The notes under the pieces were generated by a model. The model was given only the letters and a program-made list of their open reading frames with translations, ran no database searches and was not told the DNA's origin. A DNA stretch of 64,000 nucleotides from NCBI GenBank assembly GCA_964016885.1, contig OZ024762.1, positions 30,752,001 to 30,816,000 on the forward strand, read 5' to 3'. Positions 53,561 to 64,000 of the stretch are shown here, piece after piece (the stretch's first letter is position 1; each line of letters opens with the position of its first letter). The DNA is from Eledone cirrhosa (Eukaryota). Made by a program: the position numbers and the translations under genes.

Positions 53561-55350
53561 GAGAAGTCATTTAAGTCATGGTACTAGCTGTCAGAAGTAA
53601 CTCCAATGTTGGTGAGAATTCATTTAAGTTCATGGTATTAGCTGTCAGAAGGAACTCCACTGTTGGTGAGAATTCATTTAAGTTCATGGTATTAGCTGTC
53701 AGAAGTAACTCCACTGTTTGTGAGAATTCATTTAAGTTCATGGTACTAGCTGTCAGAAGTAACTCCAATGTTGGTGAGAATTCATTTAAGTTCATGGTAT
53801 TAGCTGTCAGAAGGAACTCCACTGTTGGTGAGAATTCATTTAAGTTCATGGTATTAGCTGTCAGAAGTAACTCCACTGTTGGTGAAAATTCATTTAAGTT
53901 CATGGTACTAGTTGTCAGAAGTAACTCCACTGTTAGTGAGAATTCATTTAAGTTCATGGTATTAGTTGTCAGAAGTAACTCCACTGTTGGTGAGAATTCA
54001 TTAAGTCATGGTATTAGTTGTCAGAAGTAAGTCCAATGTTGGTGAGAATTCATTTAATTCATGGTACTAGCTGTCAGAAGTAACTCCAATGTTGGTGAGA
54101 ATTCATTTAAGTTCATGGTATTAGCTGTCAGAAGGAACTCCACTGTTGGTGAGAATTCATTTAAGTTCATGGTATTAGCTGTCAGAAGTAACTCCACTGT
54201 TGGTGAGAATTCATTTAAGTTCATGGTACTAGCTGTCAGAAGTAACTCCAATGTTGGTGAGAATTCATTTAAGTTCATGGTATTAGCTGTCAGAAGTAAC
54301 TCCACTGTTGGTGAGAATTCATTTAAGTCATGGTATTAGCTGTCAGAAGTAACTCCAATGTTGGTGAGAATTCATTTAAGTTCATGGTATTAGTTGTCAG
54401 AAGTAACTCCACTGTTGGTGAGAATTCATTTAAGTTCATGGTATTAGCTGTCAGAAGTAACTCCACTGTTGGTGAGAATTCATTTAAGTTCATGGTACTA
54501 GCTGTCAGAAGTAACTCCACTGTTGGTGAGAATTCATTTAAGTTCATGGTATTAGCTGTCAGAAGTAACTCCACTGTTGGTGAAAATTCATTTAAGTTCA
54601 TGGTACTAGTTGTCAGAAGTAACTCCACTGTTGGTGAGAATTCATTTAAGTTCATGGTATTAGTTGTCAGAAGTAACTCCACTGTTGCTGAGAATTCATT
54701 AAGTCATGGTATTAGTTGTCAGAAGTAACTCCAATGTTGGTGAGAATTCATTTAAGTTCATTGTACTAGCTGTCAGAAGTAACTCCACTGTTGGTGAGAA
54801 TTCATTTAAGTTCATGGTATTAGCTGTCAGAAGTAACTCCACTGTTGGTGATAATTCATTTAAGTCATGGTATTAGCTGTCAGAAGTAACTCCATTGTTG
54901 GTGAGAATTCATTTAAGTCATGGTACTAGCTGTCAGAAGTAACTCCACTGTTGGTGAGAATTCATTTAAGTTCATGGTATTAGCTGTCAGAAGGAACTCC
55001 ACTGTTGGTGAGAATTCATTTAAGTTCATGGTACTAGCTGTCAGAAGTAACTCCACTGTTGGTGAGAATTCATTTAAGTTCATGGTATTAGTTTGTCAGA
55101 AGTAACTCCACTGTTGGTGAGAATTCATTTAAGTCATGGTATTAGTTGTCAGAAGTAACTCCAATGTTGGTGAGAAGTCATTTAAGTCATGGTACTAGCT
55201 GTCAGAAGTAACTCCAATGTTGGTGAGAATTCATTTAAGTTCATGGTATTAGCTATCAGAAGGAACTCCACTGTTGGTGAGAATTCATTTAAGTTCATGT
55301 TATTAGCTGTCAGAAGTAACTCCACTGTTTGTGAGAATTCATTTAAGTTC
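52930..55350 (+). repeat. Block repeat with period 1611 bp (30 monomers)
   Basis: ORFs 53309/54920 and 53578/55189. Rare markers gagaagtcatt (~53561/~55172) and ttcattgtac (~53146/~54757). Confidence 0.82.
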
Positions 55351-56089
55351 ATGGTACTAGCTGTCAGAAGTAACTCCACTGTTGGTGAGAATTCATTTAA
55401 GTTCATGGTATTAGCTGTCAGAAGTCACTCCACTGTTGGTGAAAATTCATTTAAGTTCATGGTATTAGCTGTCAGAAGTCACTCCACTGTTGGTGAGAAT
55501 TCATTTAAGTTCATGGTACTAGCTGTCAGAAGTAACCCCAATGTTGGTGAGAATTCATTTAAGTTCATGGTATTAGCTGTCAGAAGTCACTCCAATGTTG
55601 GTGAGAATTCATTTAAGTTCATGGTATTAGCTGTCAGAAGTAACTCCACTGTTGGTGAGAATTCATTTAAGTTCATGGTATTAGCTGTCAGAAGTCACTC
55701 CAATGTTGGTGAGAATTCATTTAAGTTCATGGTATTAGCTGTCAGAAGTAACTCCACTGTTGGTGAGAATTCATTTAAGTTCATGGTATTAGCTGTCAGA
55801 AGTAACTCAACTGTTGGTGAGAATTCATTTAAGTTCATGGTATTAGCTGTCAGAAGTAACTCCACTGTTGGTGAGAATTCATTTAAGTTCATGGTATTAG
55901 CTGTCAGAAGGAACTCCAATGTTGGTGAGAAATCATTTAAGTCATGGTACTAGCTGTCAGAAGTAACTCCACTGTTGGTGAGAATTCATTTAAGTTCATG
56001 GTATTAGCTGTCAGAAGGAACGCCACTGTTGGTGAGAATTCATTTAAGTTCATGGTATTAGCTGTCAGAAGTAACTCCACTGTTGGTGA

Positions 56090-58740
56090 GAATTCATTTA
56101 AGTTCATGGTACTAGCTGTCAGAAGTAACTCCAATGTTGGTGAGAATTCATTTAAGTTCATGGTATTAGCTGTCAGAAGGAACTCCACTGTTGGTGAGAA
56201 TTCATTTAAGTTCATGGTATTAGCTGTCAGAAGTAACTCCACTGTTGGTGAAAATTCATTTAAGTTCATGGTACTAGTTGTCAGAAGTAACTCCACTGTT
56301 GGTGAGAATTCATTTAAGTTCATGGTATTAGTTGTCAGAAGTAACTCCACTGTTGGTGAGAATTCATTAAGTCATGGTATTAGTTGTCAGAAGTAACTCC
56401 AATGTTGGTGAGAATTCATTTAAGTTCATGGTACTAGCTGTCAGAAGTAACTCCACAGTTGGTGAGAATTAATTTAATTTCATGGTATTAGCTGTCAGAA
56501 GTAACTCCACTGTTGGTGAGAATTCATTTAAGTCATGGTATTAGCTGTCAGAAGTAACTCCATTGTTGGTGAGAATTCATTTAAGTCATGGTACTAGCTG
56601 TCAGAAGTAACTCCACTGTTGGTGAGAATTCCTTTAAGTTCATGGTATTAGCTGTCAGAAGGAACTCCACTGTTGGTGAGAATTCATTTAAGTTCATGGT
56701 ACTAGCTGTCAGAAGTAACTCCACTGTTGGTGAGAATTCATTTAAGTTCATGGTATTAGTTTGTCAGAAGTAACTCCACTGTTGGTGAGAATTCATTTAA
56801 GTCATGGTATTAGTTGTCAGAAGTAAGTCCAATGTTGGTGAGAATTCATTTAAGTCATGGTACTAGCTGTCAGAAGTAACTCCAATGTTGGTGAGAATTC
56901 ATTTAAGTTCATGGTATTAGCTGTCAGAAGGAACTCCACTGTTGGTGAGAATTCATTTAAGTTCATGGTATTAGCTGTCAGAAGTAACTCCACTGTTGGT
57001 GAGAATTCATTTAAGTTCATGGTACTAGCTGTCAGAAGTAACTCCAATGTTGGTGAGAATTCATTTAAGTTCATGGTATTAGCTGTCAGAAGTAACTCCA
57101 CTGTTGGTGAGAATTCATTTAAGTCATGGTATTAGCTGTCAGAAGTAACTCCAATGTTGGTGAGAATTCATTTAAGTTCATGGTATTAGTTGTCAGAAGT
57201 AACTCCACTGTTGGTGAGAATTCATTTAAGTTCATGGTATTAGCTGTCAGAAGTAACTCCACTGTTGGTGAGAATTCATTTAAGTTCATGGTACTAGCTG
57301 TCAGAAGTAACTCCACTGTTGGTGAGAATTCATTTAAGTTCATGGTATTAGCTGTCAGAAGTAACACCACTGTTGGTGAGAATTCATATAAGTTCATGGT
57401 ACTAGCTGTCAGAAGTAACTCCACTGTTGGTGAGAATTCATTTAAGTTCATGGTACTAGCTGTCAGAAGTAACTCCAATGTTGGTGAGAATTCATTTAAG
57501 TTCATGGTATTAGCTGTCAGAAGGAACTCCACTGTTGGTGAGAATTCATTTAAGTTCATGGTATTAGCTGTCAGAAGTAACTCCACTGTTGGTGAAAATT
57601 CATTTAAGTTCATGGTACTAGTTGTCAGAAGTAACTCCACTGTTGGTGAGAATTCATTTAAGTTCATGGTATTAGTTGTCAGAAGTAACTCCACTGTTGG
57701 TGAGAATTCATTAAGTCATGGTATTAGTTGTCAGAAGTAACTCCAATGTTGGTGAGAATTCATTTAAGTTCATGGTACTAGCTGTCAGAAGTAACTCCAC
57801 AGTTGGTGAGAATTCATTTAAGTTCATGGTATTAGCTGTCAGAAGTAACTCCACTGTTGGTGAGAATTCATTTAAGTCATGGTATTAGCTGTCAGAAGTA
57901 ACTCCATTGTTGGTGAGAATTCATTTAAGTCATGGTACTAGCTGTCAGAAGTAACTCCACTGTTGGTGAGAATTCATTTAAGTTAATGGTATTAGCTGTC
58001 AGAAGGAACTCCACTGTTGGTGAGAATTCATTTAAGTTCATGGTACTAGCTGTCAGAAGTAACTCCACTGTTGGTGAGAATTCATTTAAGTTCATGGTAT
58101 TAGTTTGTCAGAAGTAACTCCACTGTTGGTGAGAATTCATTTAAGTCATGGTATTAGTTGTCAGAAGTAAGTCCAATGTTGGTGAGAATTCATTTAAGTC
58201 ATGGTACTAGCTGTCAGAAGTAACTCCAATGTTGGTGAGAATTCATTTAAGTTCATGGTATTAGCTGTCAGAAGGAACTCCACTGTTGGTGAGAATTCAT
58301 TTAAGTTCATGGTATTAGCTGTCAGAAGTAACTCCACTGTTGGTGAGAATTCATTTAAGTTCATGGTACTAGCTGTCAGAAGTAACTCCAATGTTGGTGA
58401 GAATTCATTTAAGTTCATGGTATTAGCTGTCAGAAGTAACTCCACTGTTGGTGAGAATTCATTTAAGTCATGGTATTAGCTGTCAGAAGTAACTCCAATG
58501 TTGGTAAGAATTCATTTAAGTTCATGGTATTAGTTGTCAGAAGTAACTCCACTGTTGGTGAGAATTCATTTAAGTTCATGGTATTAGCTGTCAGAAGTAA
58601 CTCCACTGTTGGTGAGAATTCATTTAAGTTCATGGTATTAGCTGTCAGAAGTAACACCACTGTTGGTGAGAATTCATATAAGTTCATGGTACTAGCTGTC
58701 AGAAGTAACTCCACTGTTGGTGAGAATTCATTTAAGTTCA
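56090..58740 (+). repeat. Tandem duplication with period 1344 bp (25 monomers)
   Basis: ORF pairs 56588/57932, 56857/58201 and 57126/58470. Markers ccacagttg (~56453/~57797) and agtaagtcc (~56822/~58166). Confidence 0.85.
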
Positions 58741-59439
58741 TGGTATTAGTTTGTCAGAAGTAACTCCACTGTTGGTGAGAATTCATTTAAGTCATGGTAT
58801 TAGTTGTCAGAAGTAACTCCAATATTGGTGAGAATTCATTTAAGTTCATGGTATTAGCTGTCAGAAGTAACTCCACTGTTGGTGAGAATTCATTTAAGTT
58901 CATGGTACTAGCTGTCAGAAGTAACTCCACTGTTGGTGAGAATTCATTTAAGTTCATGGTACTAGCTGTCAGAAGTCACTCCAATGTTGGTGAGAATTCA
59001 TTTAAGTTCATGGTATTAGCTGTCAGAAGGAACTCCACTGTTGGTGAGAATTCATTTAAGTTCATGGTATTAGCTGTCAGAAGTAACTCCACTGTTGGTG
59101 AGAATTCATTTAAGTTCATGGTACTAGCTGTCAGAAGTAACTCCAATGTTGGTGAGAATTCATTTAAGTTCATGGTATTAGCTGTCAGAAGTAACTCCAC
59201 TGTTGGTGAGAATTCATTTAAGTCATGGTATTAGCTGTCAGAAGTAACTCCAATGTTGGTGAGAATTCATTTAAGTTCATGGTATTAGTTGTCAGAAGTA
59301 ACTCCACTGTTGGTGAGAATTCATTTAAGTTCATGGTACTAGCTGTCAGAAGTAACTCCACTGTTGGTGAGAATTCATTTAAGTTCATGGTATTAGTTTG
59401 TCAGAAGGAACTCCACTGTTGGTGAGAATTCATTTAAGT

Positions 59440-62400
59440 TCATGGTATTAGCTGTCAGAAGTAACTCCACTGTTGGTGAGAATTCATTTAAGTTCATGGT
59501 ATTAGCTGTCAGAAGTAACTCCACTGTTGGTGAGAATTCATTTAAGTTCATGGTACTAGCTGTCAGAAGTAACTCCACTGTTGGTGAGAATTCATTTAAG
59601 TTCATGGTATTAGCTGTCAGAAGTAACTCCACTGTTGGTGAGAATTCATTTAAGTCATGGTATTAGCTGTCAGAAGTAACTCCATTGTTGGTGAGAATTC
59701 ATTTAAGTCATGGTACTAGCTGTCAGAAGTAACTCCACTGTTGGTGAGAATTCATTTAAGTTCATGGTACTAGCTGTCAGAAGTAACTCCACTGTTGGTG
59801 AGAATTCATTTAAGTTCATGGTACTAGCTGTCAGAAGTAACTCCACTGTTGGTGAGAATTCATTTAAGTTCATGGTACTAGCTGTCAGAAGTAACTCAAC
59901 TGTTGGTGAGAATTCATTTAAGTTCATGGTACTAGCTGTCAGAAGTAACCCCAATGTTGGTGAGAATTCATTTAAGTTCATGGTATTAGCTGTCAGAAGT
60001 CACTCCACTGTTGGTGAGAATTCATTTAAGTTCATGGTATTAGCTGTCAGAAGTAACTCCACTGTTGGTGAGAATTCATTTAATTCATGGTATTAGCTGT
60101 CAGAAGTAACTCCACTGTTGGTGAGAATTCATTTAAGTTCATGGTATTAGCTGTCAGAAGTAACTCCACTGTTGGTGAGAATTCATTTAAGTTCATGGTA
60201 CTAGCTGTCAGAAGTAACTCCACTGTTGGTGAGAATTCATTTAAGTTCATGGTATTAGCTGTCAGAAGTAACTCCACTGTTGGTGAGAATTCATTTAAGT
60301 CATGGTACTAGCTGTCAGAAGTAACTCCACTGTTGGTGAGAATTCATATAAGTTCATGGTATTAGCTGTCAGAAGGAACTCCACTGTTGGTGAGAATTCA
60401 TTTAAGTTCATGGTATTAGCTGTCAGAAGTAACTCCAATGTTGGTGAGAATTCATTTAAGTTCATGGTATTAGCTGTCAGAAGTAACTCCACTGTTGGTG
60501 AGAATCCATTTAAGTTCATGGTATTAGCTGTCAGAAGTAACTCCACTGTTGGTGAGAATTCATTTAAGTTCATGGTACTAGCTGTCAGAAGTAACTCCAC
60601 TGTTGGTGAGAATTCATTTAAGTTCATGGTACTAGCTGTCAGAAGTAACTCCACTGTTGGTGAGAATTCCTTTAAGTTCATGGTATTAGCTGTCAGAAGG
60701 AACTCCACTGTTGGTGAGAATTCATTTAAGTTCATGGTACTAGCTGTCAGAAGTAACTCCACTGTTGGTGAGAATTCATTTAAGTTCATGGTATTAGTTT
60801 GTCAGAAGTAACTCCACTGTTGGTGAGAATTCATTTAAGTCATGGTATTAGTTGTCAGAAGTAAGTCCAATGTTGGTGAGAATTCATTTAAGTCATGGTA
60901 CTAGCTGTCAGAAGTAACTCCAATGTTGGTGAGAATTCATTTAAGTTCATGGTATTAGCTGTCAGAAGGAACTCCACTGTTGGTGAGAATTCATTTAAGT
61001 TCATGGTATTAGCTGTCAGAAGTAACTCCACTGTTGGTGAGAATTCATTTAAGTTCATGGTACTAGCTGTCAGAAGTAACTCCAATGTTGGTGAGAATTC
61101 ATTTAAGTTCATGGTATTAGCTGTCAGAAGTAACTCCACTGTTGGTGAGAATTCATTTAAGTCATGGTATTAGCTGTCAGAAGTAACTCCAATGTTGGTG
61201 AGAATTCATTTAAGTTCATGGTATTAGTTGTCAGAAGTAACTCCACTGTTGGTGAGAATTCATTTAATTCATGGTATTAGCTGTCAGAAGTAACTCCACT
61301 GTTGGTGAGAATTCATTTAAGTTCATGGTATTAGCTGTCAGAAGTAACTCCACTGTTGGTGAGAATTCATTTAAGTTCATGGTACTAGCTGTCAGAAGTA
61401 ACTCCACTGTTGGTGAGAATTCATTTAAGTTCATGGTATTAGCTGTCAGAAGTAACTCCACTGTTGGTGAGAATTCATTTAAGTCATGGTACTAGCTGTC
61501 AGAAGTAACTCCACTGTTGGTGAGAATTCATATAAGTTCATGGTATTAGCTGTCAGAAGGAACTCCACTGTTGGTGAGAATTCATTTAAGTTCATGGTAT
61601 TAGCTGTCAGAAGTAACTCCAATGTTGGTGAGAATTCATTTAAGTTCATGGTATTAGCTGTCAGAAGTAACTCCACTGTTGGTGAGAATCCATTTAAGTT
61701 CATGGTATTAGCTGTCAGAAGTAACTCCACTGTTGGTGAGAATTCATTTAAGTTCATGGTACTAGCTGTCAGAAGTAACTCCACTGTTGGTGAGAATTCA
61801 TTTAAGTTCATGGTACTAGCTGTCAGAAGTAACCCCAATGTTGGTGAGAATTCATTTAAGTTCATGGTATTAGCTGTCAGAAGTCACTCCACTGTTGGTG
61901 AGAATTCATTTAAGTTCATGGTATTAGCTGTCAGAAGTAACTCCACTGTTGGTGAGAATTCATTTAAGTTCATGGTATTAGCTGTCAGAAGTAACTCCAC
62001 TGTTGGTGAGAATTCATTTAAGTTCATGGTATTAGCTGTCAGAAGTAACTCCACTGTTGGTGAGAATTCATTTAAGTTCATGGTACTAGCTGTCAGAAGT
62101 AACTCCACTGTTGGTGAGAATTCATTTAAGTTCATGGTATTAGCTGTCAGAAGTAACTCCACTGTTGGTGAGAATTCATTTAAGTCATGGTATTAGCTGT
62201 CAGAAGTAACTCCATTGTTGGTGAGAATTCATTTAAGTCATGGTACTAGCTGTCAGAAGTAACTCCACTGTTGGTGAGAATTCATTTAAGTTCATGGTAC
62301 TAGCTGTCAGAAGTAACTCCACTGTTGGTGAGAATTCATTTAAGTTCATGGTACTAGCTGTCAGAAGTAACTCCACTGTTGGTGAGAATTCATTTAAGTT

Positions 62401-64000
62401 CATGGTACTAGCTGTCAGAAGTAACTCCACTGTTGGTGAGAATTCATTTAAGTTCATGGTACTAGCTGTCAGAAGTAACTCAACTGTTGGTGAGAATTCA
62501 TTTAAGTTCATGGTACTAGCTGTCAGAAGTAACCCCAATGTTGGTGAGAATTCATTTAAGTTCATGGTATTAGCTGTCAGAAGTCACTCCACTGTTGGTG
62601 AGAATTCATTTAAGTTCATGGTATTAGCTGTCAGAAGTAACTCCACTGTTGGTGAGAATTCATTTAATTCATGGTATTAGCTGTCAGAAGTAACTCCACT
62701 GTTGGTGAGAATTCATTTAAGTTCATGGTATTAGCTGTCAGAAGTAACTCCACTGTTGGTGAGAATTCATTTAAGTTCATGGTACTAGCTGTCAGAAGTA
62801 ACTCCACTGTTGGTGAGAATTCATTTAAGTTCATGGTATTAGCTGTCAGAAGTAACTCCACTGTTGGTGAGAATTCATTTAAGTCATGGTACTAGCTGTC
62901 AGAAGTAACTCCACTGTTGGTGAGAATTCATATAAGTTCATGGTATTAGCTGTCAGAAGGAACTCCACTGTTGGTGAGAATTCATTTAAGTTCATGGTAT
63001 TAGCTGTCAGAAGTAACTCCAATGTTGGTGAGAATTCATTTAAGTTCATGGTATTAGCTGTCAGAAGTAACTCCACTGTTGGTGAGAATCCATTTAAGTT
63101 CATGGTATTAGCTGTCAGAAGTAACTCCACTGTTGGTGAGAATTCATTTAAGTTCATGGTACTAGCTGTCAGAAGTAACTCCACTGTTGGTGAGAATTCA
63201 TTTAAGTTCATGGTACTAGCTGTCAGAAGTAACCCCAATGTTGGTGAGAATTCATTTAAGTTCATGGTATTAGCTGTCAGAAGTCACTCCACTGTTGGTG
63301 AGAATTCATTTAAGTTCATGGTATTAGCTGTCAGAAGTAACTCCACTGTTGGTGAGAATTCATTTAAGTTCATGGTATTAGCTGTCAGAAGTAACTCCAC
63401 TGTTGGTGAGAATTCATTTAAGTTCATGGTATTAGCTGTCAGAAGTAACTCCACTGTTGGTGAGAATTCATTTAAGTTCATGGTATTAGCTGTCAGAAGT
63501 AACTCCACTGTTGGTGAGAATTCATTTAAGTCATGGTACTAGCTGTCAGAAGTAACTCCAATGTTGGTGAGAATTCATTTAAGTTCATGGTATTAGCTGT
63601 CAGAAGGAACTCCACTGTTGGTGAGAATTCATTTAAGTTCATGGTATTAGCTGTCAGAAGTAACTCCACTGTTGGTGAGAATTCATTTAAGTTCATGGTA
63701 CTAGCTGTCAGAAGTAACTCCAATGTTGGTGAGAATTCATTTAAGTTCATGGTATTAGCTGTCAGAAGTAACTCCACTGTTGGTGAGAATTCATTTAAGT
63801 CATGGTATTAGCTGTCAGAAGTAACTCCAATGTTGGTGAGAATTCATTTAAGTTCATGGTATTAGTTGTCAGAAGTAACTCCACTGTTGGTGAGAATTCA
63901 TTTAATTCATGGTATTAGCTGTCAGAAGTAACTCCACTGTTGGTGAGAATTCATTTAAGTTCATGGTATTAGCTGTCAGAAGTAACTCCACTGTTGGTGA
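59440..64000 (+). repeat. Right-end subdomain with alternating 1184-bp and 1400-bp periods (22 and 26 monomers; combined about 2.5-2.6 kb)
   Basis: ORF starts 60087/61271/62671 and 60302/61486/62886; also 59710/62240 and 60895/63533. Markers ttcatataag, gagaatccatt, aactcaactg. Confidence 0.85.

Larger units (their letters stand above)
1..64000 (+). repeat. 54-bp tandem satellite DNA array, about 1,190 monomers, same orientation throughout, open at both window edges
   Basis: The consensus TTCATGGTATTAGCTGTCAGAAGTAACTCCACTGTTGGTGAGAATTCATTTAAG recurs continuously; successive ATGs in the ORF track are 54 bp apart. Common variant sites: gtaT/Ctag, agC/Ttgtc, aagT/Gaac, agtA/Cac, ccaC/A/Ttg, and aagttc/aagtc (53-bp unit). 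Units are typically within 0-3 differences of consensus. Confidence 0.99.

Noticed and set aside
72-63777. Minus-strand ORFs encoding (MNLNEFSPTVELLLTANT)n, superficially LRR-like and overlapping the plus-strand ORFs
   Set aside because: Same artefact. Two open frames out of six is about the chance expectation, there is no LxxLxLxxN spacing, and the frames are broken by the same indels.
79-63811. Plus-strand ORFs encoding (MVLAVRSNSTVGENSFKF)n, up to 272 aa
   Set aside because: These are translations of an 18-codon monomer, frameshifted every few units by recurrent 1-bp indels, with no unique N- or C-terminal domain and mostly non-synonymous variants. At ~37% GC a random 18-codon frame is stop-free roughly a quarter of the time, so open frames are expected by chance.
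1-64000. CRISPR-like array
   Set aside because: There are no unique spacers: the entire unit is repeated, and no cas genes or leader are present.
1-64000. Variant monomer order as an information-bearing code or antigenic-variation cassette system
   Set aside because: The order is adequately explained by nested duplications and deletions. No recombinase, expression site or unique flanking sequence is present.
1-64000. Telomeric repeat, CENP-B box, tRNA/5S-derived unit or transposon-derived terminal repeats
   Set aside because: I recognised no TTAGGG-type motif, no CpG-containing CENP-B box, no Pol III A/B boxes and no terminal inverted repeats or LTRs.
1-64000. Nucleosome phasing through 3 x 54 = 162 bp
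   Set aside because: Numerical coincidence only. No trimeric periodicity of variants is evident, and MNase data would be required.
1-64000. Whole array as a sequencing or assembly artefact, with 53/55-bp units as homopolymer errors
   Set aside because: Indels and rare SNPs recur at the same positions in duplicated blocks, and the copies carry private differences, which random error would not produce. Individual duplications still need read validation.

Overview
The whole 64-kb window is one uninterrupted, head-to-tail, single-orientation satellite array. It holds about 1,190 copies of a 54-bp monomer, consensus TTCATGGTATTAGCTGTCAGAAGTAACTCCACTGTTGGTGAGAATTCATTTAAG (about 37% GC, no CpG, one EcoRI and one AluI site per unit). 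I saw no unique sequence, transposon insertion, inversion, RNA gene or credible protein-coding gene. Every ORF in the track is a translation of the 18-codon monomer, broken by recurrent 1-bp indels. The array runs off both window edges and looks like eukaryotic heterochromatic satellite DNA, but I cannot name the family or organism. The information lies in the order of variant monomers. It shows nested, irregular higher-order repeats (periods of 108, 161, 214, 913/967, 1184, 1344, 1400, 1611, 2423, 2479, 3335, 3444, 5062 and about 5600-6500 bp), a left-to-right turnover of marker variants, some long-range block copies, and coupling of +1 and -1 indels. I found no evidence for a novel gene system. 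Block boundaries were read by eye and are approximate to about one monomer; periods come from offsets between matching ORF-track entries and rare marker variants.
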